The notes under the pieces: generated by a model
Seen by the model: only the letters and a program-made list of their open reading frames with translations
Databases searched by the model: none
Told to the model about the DNA's origin: nothing
Source: Rhina ancylostomus
Taxonomy: Eukaryota
DNA: 64,000 nt
Reading direction: 5' to 3'
Assembly: GCA_030265395.1 (NCBI GenBank)
Contig: JARFYF010000074.1
Span: 72,865,793-72,929,792, forward strand
In this document: positions 51,736 through 64,000 of the stretch, one piece after another
How the letters are laid out: the number at the start of each line of letters is the position of its first letter
Numbering within the stretch: the stretch's first letter is position 1
Made by a program: the position numbers and the translations under genes

Positions 51736-53759
51736 TTTTCTCTTGCACTGTTGTGTACAGTTTTGTGACTCACTCAAGAAATTTATTTAAAGCTGCATGT
51801 GGGAACTGCAATAAAGCCAGCCAGAGTAGAAAGAGGGTAAATCCCCTGTCAATTAAGCTTGGTGACCACACTGTTGTATGTGTTAGTTTGATTTTATGTA
51901 TATAATTTTTATGGATTTATCCATAACTCACTGTGCGTTTCTGGTGAATTATCCTGCTTTCACTAGAAACTGCTGTAGATTTTTCCTCTGCTCATTAATT
52001 AGGCTGTTTCTGAGTAATTAATTTTGTTTGCTATGAATCACCCACTTCACTCCACTTCCAATACATTGGCTAACACACTGAACAATACATTTCATGTTAA
52101 ATCAATATGATCACCTCATTAAAAGGTACAACACTGATAAGCCTTGCAACCTATTTTTCCTGTGTCAGTCTTTTCAATTAGTTCTCCAATTGGTCATATT
52201 TATCTGCTCTTTCACACAGCCTTTTAAATTCCCTTTTGAAAGTGAGTGAATCTACTTTCTCCCATACTTACAAGCAGTGTGTTCCATAACATAACAGCTT
52301 GATGTGTAAAAAAAACCTGTTTTCTCATACCTCCTCTGGCTCTTCGGCCAAGTAAATAAATCTGTGGGCCATGGCTGAAAGTTGTTTTACTATTGGAAAG
52401 AGTTTTTCTTTACTTAAGTCATCAAATCTCCTCTTAATTCTCTCCAGGAGAGGACAACCCCAGTTTCTTCATGTAATTGAAGTCTTTCTGGTTCAATTCC
52501 AGTAAATCATTTCTGCACACTCTGGAGGCACTGATATCCTTTAAGGATATCATTGTCCATTTTTCTTGGAACTCACTTTTGAATCACTCCAATCAATGGA
52601 TGTTATCAAGGTCACAAATGTCATCCTCTGATTATAATGATGGTAAAATGCCCCCGTTCATCTCCTTGAACCATGTATAGACTTTGACATAGCAGACCAC
52701 ACTATCTTCCTCCAACACTTCCCTCTGTTTTTAAAAATTGCAGGTAATTGGGAAGAATTGCAGAGAAGTGGGACTGAACTTGGCAGTTTTAGTTGTATTC
52801 AGAGAATCACCTGTAAAAGTTGTTTTCCTGCTCCGGAAATTATTTTTGGTGCTCTGACAAGGATCCATATTTGGCCATCTCCTATTTCATATCCAGATAT
52901 TGCCCTTTGGTAACATTTTCAGTCTCTTTTCAGCCCTACAGAACTCTTAGCTTCTCCCTCGGAGAATGATAACCAACATCTGGGTCCCGCCCCCACACCT
53001 GAGAAGGTTCCACTTCACCATGGTGGGAGACTAAAAGTAAAAACAAACCAAAATTGACAGCATGAACAACAACACTAGTCCAGGGAGAATTAGGGGTGAA
53101 GATTTGCAGTCAGGTAGGCAACTCAGTATGATATGGCTGCAGTAAGAGTCCTCCTTTGATCAGCAGCCACAGCCTCATTCCACAACATGGTGCAGCGTTT
53201 CAAAGTTTATCATAGCTTTATGTTTATACCACCAGATGCTGCTTGAATGGTCATTGGGCCTGTCTAGGGATTTATGTTGGCTAAACAGGAAAACTTACAG
53301 TCTATATTAAAATTGTATTGGGCAGTCAAGTTTCCTCTTGGGCATGAGAAATCCTGCAAAATATGGGACTACAGGCAACCCTACTCAGAGGCGAGAGTAC
53401 AACCAACTGAATAACAACAGCTGAAAACTGATGGAAACATTAGGCAGACATGCAAAAAATCTTGCAAATGAAAATAAATGTCCTTAAGATACAATGTATA
53501 TTTTGCATTTTTTTTGATCCTAAGAGCCTCAGCACAGTATTTTTACATGGTGCAAACAGACAGCAATACTCGCAAAACAAGTATGATAGTCCACACTTAC
53601 AACATGCATTCATTCCTATGCCACACAGAAAGGAATTAAATAGGAAAAAGTCATAGAATCATTCTTCCAATATACACAATATCTCTATTACAGAATCGAT
53701 GTTCCACTAAAGCATTTTTCTTTTTGCCACTGGAGTTCAGTGTGAGAATATGTCATTAC

Positions 53760-53973
53760 CTGCAATTTTTAAAAACAGAGGTAACAGTTGGCTGTAGGCT
53801 CCTTCTACAAAGAAGTTGTTCCATTCGTTTGGAAGATTAGCAGGAAGAGTTTTACTTATTTCTGGTGTTAAAGTCTGAAACATGTAGCTAAGATCTGACA
53901 GCATGCCACAGCACTGACAAACAAAATGCAGCATCAGGGGCTTGGAATCAAGTGATACAGTATTACTAGAAGT
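53760..53973 (-). CDS. LTN1: Listerin exon (TSSNTVSLDSKPLMLHFVC...LPANLPNEWNNFFVEGAYSQLLPLFLKIA)
   Basis: Matches [23 protein letters not shown]; 214 nt, phase 0 to 1. Confidence 0.93.
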
Positions 53974-55406
53974 CTGAAATAAAGAGGATAATGGAAAAAA
54001 AAATTAGTACAGGATGGTAAACTGCCATTCTAATCTATTTGCAAATACAGCCATAGCATCTTGAAAAGTTAACAATAAGATACAAGTACAAATTTCGTAC
54101 ATTGGATCCAGAAAATGATAGAGGTAAAAGAAAGAAAAGCACAACAGAATGTCCATTTTATTTGAAACACCATATACTACCCAGTATTAATTCAAAAACC
54201 TTTGTAAAGCAAACATCATTCCTGCTCTTGAATGAGAAATTTATTGATAATTTAACCTTTAACGAAAAGGACAGCTTACACAGTAGAAACTTAACATTTC
54301 TGATACTGATAATAAAGACTCTTCTGCTGCCCCAACTTCTAAAATGTATCCCTAATAAATACAATGACTGCCACAATCCTGCCCACTTGCCTCCTAGAAT
54401 TTCTCTTTTACCTGTATTAGTTTTCATTATATTCAAATTTTCATATGCTTTTTGTATGAAAAAGCACAAGTGTAGGGAAGCTGCACACAAACTTTTTTTT
54501 GCCTTTCTACATAAATTAATCTTAATATGGTGAGCAAAGCAACATAAATGAGATTACATAACAAACTCTAGCTGGGGGAGGAAGACAGGAAAATGCTAAT
54601 GTTTAATCATAATCTTTGAGCTTTGAGACAGGATATTATGATTGAGATGTTCAAGTTCAATAACCCATCAACTCTGATCAGTCCTCAGGTACAAATAGAA
54701 AGTGTCAGAAGTTTGCAATAGGAAGAGAGAGTGAGGTGAAATCTCTCCACTAATGTTGCACTCTCACATCTTGCCTGATATCCAAAAGGAGGATTATTGA
54801 TGGTATGTTGAAATAAGAACATTTATGTTCCCAAGGGAAGTTAGATAATCCTCAGATCAAAACTGATCATGTATTTGTCAGCAGCTCAGATGGTCAATTG
54901 TTAGTTGTTCTTCTCAATTTCTGATATTACTTAAAAACTTAAGTCTGTTAGAACTCTGATAATGATAAATAGTTCAAATTTTGCAATTAATGGCAAACAA
55001 ACAATATTTTCTATTCATTACGCTTTCAGCTTCCTTCAGAATTTACATGAGCTTTTCCGTCCATAATACTTGGAACTCCCTCTAGAAGTGATCTAAATGT
55101 GTGCGAAATTAAATTTTGGAGAAAATGAGATGTCACACCTGTAGCAGTATAGCAAAGGTTTTGTGAGAGCAAGACAGCAACTGAACATGTTTAACTGTAC
55201 TGGCCAATTTACTAATTAATTGAAGCGACTCCTGAGAGTCTGATATTCCTACAGTGTAATCCAGACGATGTTTATCTGTCTTCCTTAAAATTACCAAGAC
55301 ATTAATGAACAAGGAAATCAGCTATATATTCTGTAATTAGTCCAGTTAAAAGACTATAATGTCATCATTTTTGAGTAGCAATCTGTTTTCTTATTCTAAA
55401 ACTCAC

Positions 55407-55551
55407 CTCCAACCACATCAAAGTGGAACACATGATGAAGTCCCACTGTTCATTTGTTAGTAAAGTAGGTAAATATTTGATCAACAGTTTCAGAAAACGT
55501 AAAATTTCCACATTGATTCCAAGCAAATGAGATTCTGGATTTTTTAAAGCA
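55407..55551 (-). CDS. LTN1: Listerin exon (ALKNPESHLLGINVEILRFLKLLIKY...QWDFIMCSTLMWLE)
   Basis: Conserved WDFIMCS..WLE; 145 nt, phase 2 to 0; GAG|GTGAGT donor. Confidence 0.94.
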
Positions 55552-56814
55552 CTAGAGAGAAAGCAGAGATGTTAAAAAGATTTTAAAAATCTATTAAACC
55601 ACCTAAACCACAGAATCAAAGCACCATCATACATTTTAAAGTGATTAGATCATGCTTTCATTCAAATATTGGTAATCAAGCACACTGAATTATTCATCAT
55701 TGTAAATAAAAAGATAACTGTACCAAAAATTAAAACGTTTTTATTAACTTTATAAATATTTCCATCATTTCTTGCACAATTCTTTAAGCTGGAGGGCAAA
55801 GCCTATCAATGTTGAACTAAAACCAATAGGCTTGAAGTATGCAAAGGGATATTTTATCTGTTTAAAGATTCCCTCAGTGTTATTTTTGGAGGAGAGTAAA
55901 AGAAATAGAACAAAGTTTAAAACAAGAAATGAGGATGTTTACATTTTAAAATTTTCATTTGAAACCTCAGGAATTTCTGTGACAATAAATGGAGAAAATA
56001 TATAGGTCAAACAGCTGCTAACTTCCATTGGATTTCTCCTTGGTCCACTCCTTGCAGGTATTATTCACAATACTATACATGTTCATCAGAACTGCTTTTC
56101 TTTCGTGCTTTCAAGTAACAATAACAGACTTTGAGTTTTGAAGGGATGAATGCTTACTTTGGATGTTGTAAAGTGTGGCCCTTTTGGTCTGACATCTTGT
56201 GCTATTAAACATCCATACATGTAGATTACTTAAAACTTATGTGATTTATGTTCCAATTGTAATCTCAAATCTAATCAGACAGAACATTACCTAGGCTGAA
56301 GGTACCATTATTTGGCTGAGAAAATAAAAGAAGGTCCTGTCAGCCTTCTCAAGTGGATATTACAGATTTGAAAGGAAGTTCTCCAACAGTCCTCAGTCTT
56401 CCTCAACCAAAATCACCACAAGGTCAAACTAATCAGGATATTAATGACACAGAAGAAGCAGCTCATCTTTAAAATACAATCTTTCACCATTTAACTTTAT
56501 CCTAAAGTGCATTCCAGTTAATTAAGTACTTTTGAAATGTATTTGCAGTTGTCAAGCAAGAAGATGCTGTATTTTGCACTATAATATCAACAGCAATCTA
56601 ATATTATTTATTATATCATTCACTCATCAAGAATTTTACATAAAGCATACTGTTTTTGATATGTTGTTTTAAGTGTCAAATTATTAACTATATCTAAAAC
56701 GTCAGACAAACTTTTACAACTGGCCACATAGAAAATCAGTGCTTTTGGGTGGTACAAAGTCTTCAACCAAAAATAAAATGAATAAAAAGCAAAAACTTAG
56801 AAAATTCATCTTAC

Positions 56815-56965
56815 CAGTCAAACAAAAATATATGTTCGTCATGACTTCTCCATCCCATGATTATATTTAACACATCTATAAACAGTTGATTATCTAGAAG
56901 GTGATCACCCTCATTGACTCCTTTCTTTAAGTAGCTATTCATAATGGCGAGGCTTCCAAACCCTC
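56815..56965 (-). CDS. LTN1: Listerin exon (GGFGSLAIMNSYLKK...IIMGWRSHDEHIFLFD)
   Basis: Matches GGFGHLAIFNS...WKKEHEDIFLFSC; 151 nt, phase 1 to 2. Confidence 0.92.
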
Positions 56966-57514
56966 CTATGAAGTGAATCGAAGCAGAAAACATTTCATAC
57001 CAGTGATTATCAAGCTAAAGATACATGTTCACAATAAAATTACATAGAAAATTATTTTAAATCATTGAGGGAACTGAAATATGAAGTTCAAGTTGGAGCA
57101 CTATACTTTAAGAATGATGTAAAAGTCCTAAAGAGGTTGCAGAAAAGAGTTACTTAAATGGTTCCAGTGATGAGAAATTTCAGCTAATAGTTTGGTCTGG
57201 TGCAAAGGCAGCATATAGGATTTTTGGTAGATGTGCACAAGATCTGGACTTGTTTCAGAAAGGATATATAGAAGAAAGACGGTTCCATTTGTGGCGAAGG
57301 CACAAATTTAAAATTCAGGGAAAAAGACACAGGAGGACCTGAGGAATGTTTTGTACTCTAATAACAATTAGTATCTGGAATTCATTTCCTGTAAAGATGG
57401 AAGTAAAAGAATCAAAACAGAGCCTTCAAAAGAAAACTGGGCAGACACTTGAGAAATAACAATTTGCAGAGCTATGCAGCAAAGAGGAATGGAACTGAAG
57501 GTTCCATTCCCCCT

Positions 57515-58040
57515 CTCTGATTGGTTGCATCACAGCCTAGTACAACAATTCCAATGCACAGGAATGCAAAAGACTGCAGGGAGTAGTGGACACATCAAGG
57601 GCACAGCCCTCCCCACCATTGACAGCAACTCCAGGAGGCTCTGCCTCAAGAGGCAACATTTATCATCAAGGATCCCCGCCAACCAGCTCATGCCCTCTTC
57701 TTGCTACTACCATTCAGGCAGGAGTTACAGAAGCCTTTAAGTCCCACACCATCAGATTCAGGAACTGCTACTTTCCTACAACCATCAGGTTCGTGAATGT
57801 ACCTGCACAACACTAACCCTACATCAGCAATGGAACACTGCAGACCTCTTGCACTACCACTGTCTTCAATTGTGCCTTTGTTTTTTTTTTGCACAGTCTT
57901 TTTCTTCCCCCACTGTATTGTATAATTTTATGTATCAGTTTTGTTTAATTTATATTTTGTGTGTTGTCTGTATCTATGTGCCTATGATGCTGCTGCAAGC
58001 AAGTTTTTCATTGTACTTGTACTTCACCATAGTCATGCAA
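57515..58040 (+). mobile_element. Rex1/Babar-type LINE 3' end, following an older CR1 tail (~57070-57495)
   Basis: ggttgcatcacagcc...gcacagccctccccaccattga...atcatcaaggatccc...ttcaggaactgctacttt; ends tgacaataaacttgacttg. Confidence 0.75.
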
Positions 58041-59419
58041 ATGACAATAAACTTGACTTGGTCTACTAGGAATCTCCATATACATAATGGGCTTAATTTT
58101 CTCTCTCTATACCATAACAATTCTATGATTCTGAAGATGCTTTGTTTCACAGATGGAAGTGTTAAATTTTTAAAAAATGAAACTCCAGAAATATTCAGAA
58201 CTGGGATGAATATGATAATTACTCAGTATGGAAACGTGCGAGGATTAAACAAAATGCATGGCTCAAAATGAGACTACAGATTTATGAAGGATCATCAAAA
58301 ATGTCTTCATAATACTTTAAAAAGACCATTGGAGAGCCCCATAAGAGCATTAAAATAATGAAAAGAGAAGAAAAGAAATCTGTTGTTATTGGAGAGAAAT
58401 GGCAGGATTTGCAGAAGTGCTTAATTATCTATGCTTTAATAGTAAATTTAAACCAATTTAACAACTTTAAATGTAAATATATAGTGTAACTAATTAATTA
58501 AAATTTATTATAGTCCACCCACTAATCCTATTGAAGACTCTTGTGATTTTACTAGTTCTCGAAATAAGTTTCCGCCAGCTATAAATGAAAGCACTATAAA
58601 ATACTGGATTGGGAGCACAGCCAACATGTTGGTTCTGCAGCATGTTGGAATATGTGGATATTGAGACTGTATCAGATGGCCACACATATGAAAAATACCT
58701 CTACCATGAAGCATGTTAGCTCAGAGCCACTGAGCTTGAGTGCAAGTTACAGACCTTTTGCTATGAAATAGAAGAGGAGCAATATCTGACTAATTTGCTC
58801 TGGTCATACTTTACAGTTAAGCTAGATGCAAGAATGGCATGGAAATGAAATGGAAGGAAGTCCTGCTAAGGGAGTATTGGGAACAAATGGACTAAAGTCA
58901 AAAGGACTCCAAGGGTGGTACTTGTTAGCTGAGCCACATCTTAATTCGCAAGACAAATCAGAGAGCTAAACATGTGCCAGAAATGGAAAGGAGGGTTGAT
59001 TTTATGGGGCACAGGATCCATCTGAAAGAGAAGAGAATGACATCAAGGTTTCAGAGGAAAGATTAAATAAGACAATTGATAAAACTTTTGAGGAGCAAGG
59101 AAGGAAAGGCATTTCATGGAAATAGCAGAAGCCTGAAGATAAAAGAGATAAGAGTTAGGGGTAAAGGTCTGACAAAGGTAATTATTACCAGAAAAGTAAA
59201 TGACCAGGAAACAGATAAGTAAAAAGTGGTTGTTAAAAATAAATCAATGAAACAACTAAATTGTCAGTTCTGGTGAAAGGCCATCAACCTGAAGCACCAA
59301 CACTTATTTTTCTCACCACAGACCCAGGTGTTTTCTGCCTTTTATGCTTTTTCCATAAGAGGAATCTCAACTAGATCCAGTAAAAGGAGCAAAAGAGAGA
59401 AGATAAGAAAAAGTCTAAT

Positions 59420-59742
59420 TTCTAGGATGAGAAGATTGGACTATTAAGAGAGTCTAAACAGGTTTGGTTATTATTCTTTAGAGTTTAGAAGAGGGGTGAT
59501 CTTATTGAAGCATCTATGGGGGAATGACAAGGTAGATTCCAGGTGTTTCAGTAGATTCCAGTGGGGAGTCTTAAAAGGCGGGGACAAGGTTTCAAGATTA
59601 GGGGCCAGTTATTTAAAACTGAGATGCAGAAATTTCTTCTTGCAAAAGGTAGTGACTCTCTGGAATTCTCTATCACAGAGAACTGTGGAAGCCAAATCAT
59701 TATTCAATCAGTATTTAAAGTGGAAGTAGATACGCTTTTGAA
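59420..59742 (+). mobile_element. Old CR1 3' fragment
   Basis: Encodes RNFFLQKVVTLWNSLSQRTVEAKS. Confidence 0.8.
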
Positions 59743-59842
59743 NNNNNNNNNNNNNNNNNNNNNNNNNNNNNNNNNNNNNNNNNNNNNNNNNNNNNNNNNN
59801 NNNNNNNNNNNNNNNNNNNNNNNNNNNNNNNNNNNNNNNNNN

Positions 59843-60098
59843 ACCGACGAGAAGTATTCATTGAGAACTTCTCCCACTTCTGCCGCCTCCAGGCACATCC
59901 TCCCACCTTTGTCTTTAATCGGACCCACCTTTACCCTAGCCATCCTTCGACCCTTCACGTACGTGAAAAAGGCCTTGGGATTTTCCTTAACCCGACTAGC
60001 CAAATCCTTTTCATGCCTCCTTCTAGCTCTCTTCAGCCCTCTCTTAAGTTCCTTCCTCACTCCTCTATAATCATCACGGGCCCTATCTGAGCCTTGCT
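59843..60098 (-). mobile_element. Young CR1 ORF2 fragment running into gap
   Basis: Encodes RKELKRGLKRARRRHEKDLASRVKENPKAFFTYVKG...AEVGEVLNEYFSS; frame intact and CpGs retained. Confidence 0.9.
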
Positions 60099-62984
60099 AT
60101 TCACGTTCCTATTTTCATGTGTTCTTGATGGATTCTTTGCTCAAAGACATAACAGAAAAATATTTATAAAATGAAAATGTACTATAGGAAATGAGCATTA
60201 CTTTCAAAAAGAAATACATGATTGATCAACCTAGAGAATACTTTGAATAAGTTACAAAAAGTATCAATTAGAAACCACCTAGAAGACTCAAGACTGAGCA
60301 TGTAGAATCAATGATAAGGTGCAGAATAGATTGAAAGTGTAAGTCAAAATGACGGCTATAAAGTGTAAAACATGGTGAATGGAAAATCAATGCCTGGACC
60401 CCTATTGTTGCTGTCCCTATAAGTGACTTGGATACTGGAAGATCAACAAAACTAATGAATAATGTTAAACTGTGTGGTACATTCAAATGCAAGGAAGGCT
60501 AAGCAAAACACAAGACAACACTAGCAGAATTTGTAGAATGAGCACGTAAATGCAAATAAATTTCAATTTAAATAAGTGCACGATAGTGTACTTCAGGAGC
60601 AGGAATAATAAAGCTGCCATAAAATCCCATTAGGAAATACAAGTCCAAATGGATAGATTACATGGATACAGATTTACAAAATATTCAAATAACAATACCA
60701 AAAATCCACATAAACTGCTGAGAAAACATGGGGGTCATATTTAGAAGAACAGAACTCAAAACCAGAGAAGATGAATTCAGATACTGTGCAAATTTCAGGT
60801 TCCCACATTACAAAAAAGGATACCGAGCACGAGAGAAAGTGCAAAAGATATTTTCTGAAAATAATAACCAGAAATCAGGTGTTCGATCACCAGGAGATAC
60901 AGAATAGACCAGCCTCTTTCTCTCCAGGTGAGACAGGCCTTACTCAGGAAAAGTCAAAAGGCTTCTTTCTGGTCTATGACTTTGAGGGAGAGATATCTAT
61001 TCTATCATCAGATTAAACTAACAAGTTTGGTTCACTAGATACTTTTTTTTACATATCTCCTTGCAGAAATTCCTTTTGGTAAGAACAGATTTATTTACAA
61101 ACTCTTTCATACTATTCAATAGTGCATTCTGATTCTATGACATCAGGCAGTACTGCCAACAAAATCTGTTTGTATTTGATCCTCTGGAATAAGGCCCAGT
61201 AAAATCAAGCTTTCCTTCTCATCTTCATATTTGCCCTTTTCAGAAGGGATCACAGGATAGTGAACAGGAATGGAATTGGGGCTTAACTCTGATATTCTGT
61301 TCAAGGACACAAAGGTCAACTATGCTGTCCCTATTATGCCCCAGATCAAATGAGAGAGTTTAGCACAGGTGAGAACTTTAGATTGCTTGAACTGTTTGGT
61401 TGAATTATGTATTGACTTTGTAACTGTCCTGTGGGAGTCCCCATATGGTATATTTTTTGGTCTTATTCATGTCTGTTTCTCATAAATATACCCTAATCTG
61501 TCATCAGCTTTTATTGTTTCAGCGCCAATATTTTTATCTGTGAAACACAGGAGAAAAGATGCATCTTGATAGCTATCCAAATTTTAACATTCCGCATGGT
61601 TCACATATTCTACTAAAAACTTCTGATCAGAAATATTTTATTGAACTCTCACATCAGAAAGTTTGAACTTGCCTGTTAAATTTCAATGGAGTGGCACCCA
61701 TTGGCTATACATTGCTAATTTTAGCACTTTGTTATGATGTCCCCACACTCCAGTTAAAACACCAACAAATTATCAAGTGGTGCTATATTATCTTTTTCCC
61801 ATAAACAAAAATACTTTGTAGAATGTAAATACTGCTGCCATCTTCTGTGTATATCTAGAATATTTAACATTCAAAGATATAACAAAATATATATATTTGT
61901 TACATAACAAAGACATAGCAAAACTAAATAATCTTAAATATCACAATATTCAGTTCTCTTTTTGTGTATTTTAATGCCATAGCTAGAGTTGTTATGTGAG
62001 GACTGCAGCATCCTCCAAAAAGTCTGAATGTGAACTTGATTTTTTTTAAATATTCAATTACTTTATGCATGAAGTATTTGGTTAAATACTGCATGTTTGT
62101 GAGCAAGTCAAAGACACATGGATACATGGCATAATGAAACACTGATTATCATTGTTATTTTTCAAAAATTGAAATTTGGAAGAAATCAACATTTTATTGA
62201 TGGAAGTATAAAAAGAGAGATAAAGGATGCAGGAAATCAGTCAAGGCTGACCGAAATCTGCACCTTGCAAAAGTGGTTGAATGATTATTGATGAGCAGCA
62301 AAAGAACACGGGGAAAAGGAGGACACCAATATAGAGCTTGTGGTTCAAAGCAGAAAGAGCAGTGATAATTAGTTAAATTCAGGGACGACTGAGGCAGCTG
62401 AAGCAGACAGTGCATCACTGAGGGTGTGGCACGAAGGAATTAAAGACGAAAGGAAAAACAAGTCTAAAGAAATTTAAAAGCAAGGGAGAGAATTTAAAAT
62501 TCAAAGTGCTGCTTTACTAGGAGCCAATGTAGGTCAGTGATATAGGGATAATGGTTGAACATGCAGCAGAACTTTGGACAACCAAGTTTTCTAAAAGATA
62601 AATAAAGATAATATTTTGACAACAAGAAGCAATTTCTTCATAAAACTTGCATCCGACCCAAAAAAATCCAAGCCAGTATTCTAGTAACAGTGCAAATTTC
62701 AAGCTGTAACATAATAAATCTTGAAAAACAGAACCACTGGTCAGACATTTTGATTAAAGGAAGATTGCTCTTCCATGCGTATACCCCTTTCATAACAGAT
62801 CATTTCAAAGGGAACATAACAAAATCTACCAAATTTGATTCAATGGATGACCAATTAATCTGTTTTCCTTTAAACTGGTTGAGCAATAAATTAATCGACA
62901 GCTTAGAAATATCTCAGCTTCTTTTTGAGTAATGCTGTACCACTTTTTATATCTGTGTAAAAAGGCAGACACAGCTTCAATTTA

Positions 62985-63330
62985 GTCAGACAGCATAGAA
63001 ACTGGTCCTTTGGCCCACTGAGACTACACTGACCATCAAGCACACTAATTCCACATTTACTCCAATTCCAACAGTCCCATTTCCCTTCCCTTTTCTCTTG
63101 GAGCCTTGCAATTTAATTCTCCCTCACTTGCCTATCAACTCCCCTCTTACTTTCTATTATTCACCTGTGAGGTAATTTGTGGTGGCCAATTAACCTGACG
63201 GCACATCACTGAGATATGGGTAGAACACTGAGTGGAAACCCAGGTGATCACAGGGAGAACCCAAGGTCTGAATCAAAGCCAGGTACCTAGAACTGTGAGG
63301 CAGCAGGACCAACTACTGTGCCACCATGCA
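62985..63330 (-). mobile_element. HE1-like SINE
   Basis: acagcatagaaactggtcctttggccc...gtggccaattaacct...cacagggagaac...ctactgtgccacc. Confidence 0.75.
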
Positions 63331-63394
63331 CACCCCCACCTCCCCTGTGATAATGCTTATTATGATATTTAAATAAATAAAGCAAAACACTGAC

Positions 63395-63537
63395 CATCAA
63401 TACTGGTAATTTCTGAACCCTTGCTTGTAGAAAGCTTTGCAATGCACTGGAACAAAATAAGATCTTTATCTTCCTGAAGAACAGATGGAATAATATTCTG
63501 AACAGTGTGCAGACTTGCTTCAGTCAAAGGGAAAAAT
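63395..63537 (-). CDS. LTN1: Listerin exon (FFPLTEASLHTVQNIIPSVLQEDKDLILFQCIAKL...SID); gene continues beyond window end
   Basis: Matches FFPLTEGNLHTIQ; 143 nt, phase 2 to 1; tttcag acceptor, GTCAGT donor. Confidence 0.9.
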
Positions 63538-64000
63538 CTGAAATGGCAAATTCAAATGTTTTTAAACAGAATGCAAGTGAAATCAGGTACCCACAGAATT
63601 ATCTACTCCACAGAGACACAATGTAGGTTCTTAGTTAAGGAGATAAAAATGATTAGAGGCCATAATTCATCTCCAACCACAAATATTCCAACATGTCAGG
63701 ATCTTTGCCTGCACTTCCAACGCAATTATAACTTTGAAACAGGGTCCGAAGTTGTCCATCTCCAGGAAGGAGTGTTCTTATTTCCCAGCCATTAAACTAT
63801 AGCTGTACTGAAGAGGCATCAGAAGCAACCATAAAATTAAAAGGGCAGAAGTACCCTTAAAGACGTGAATAATGATATCCTCTAAAGGAGTAAGTAAAGA
63901 TCAGTACAAGGCATACTACATTCATTGGGAACACACATTTTTGTTTTGCCATAAGAGAAACACCAATTTCACAATGGCAACTCTAGGAAGTAAATTTGTA

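Noticed and set aside
45032-58271. Plus-strand ORFs of 140-145 aa (45032, 54102, 57849)
   Set aside because: They have biased AT-rich composition or overlap repeat tails, lie antisense within LTN1 introns, and show no homology.
63590-63680. Minus-strand ELWPLII resembling the next upstream LTN1 exon
   Set aside because: It has an in-frame TAG and no acceptor; the real exon is probably beyond the window.

Overview
Gapped vertebrate genomic DNA, AT-rich, with CR1 and HE1-type repeats typical of cartilaginous fishes (probably a ray; inferred). It has 14 N-gaps and one Illumina adapter remnant. Three intron-containing genes were reconstructed by hand with GT-AG junctions and consistent phases. 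(1) KLHL15 (+): a probable upstream exon at 1354-1478 and the BTB-BACK exon at 8064-8775; the Kelch exon is not found in the window. (2) A CXorf58 homologue (-): a CpG-island promoter with an RFX X-box near 33.6 kb and 7 coding exons between 27928 and 13188 (313 codons); the terminal exon is not found. (3) The last 12 exons of LTN1/listerin (-), 63537 to 36548, including RWD and RING. The rest is intronic or intergenic DNA with CR1, L2-like, Rex1 and SINE relics. The most interesting structure is a 125-bp, ~94% identical inverted duplication bracketing the ATG-bearing CXorf58 exon 2. An exon-1 ATG is a 4-codon uORF when exon 2 is included but is in frame when it is skipped, which suggests an RNA-pairing-controlled isoform switch. 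No prokaryotic-type system (CRISPR, operon) is present. Homology calls rest on recalled human protein sequences, not on database searches.
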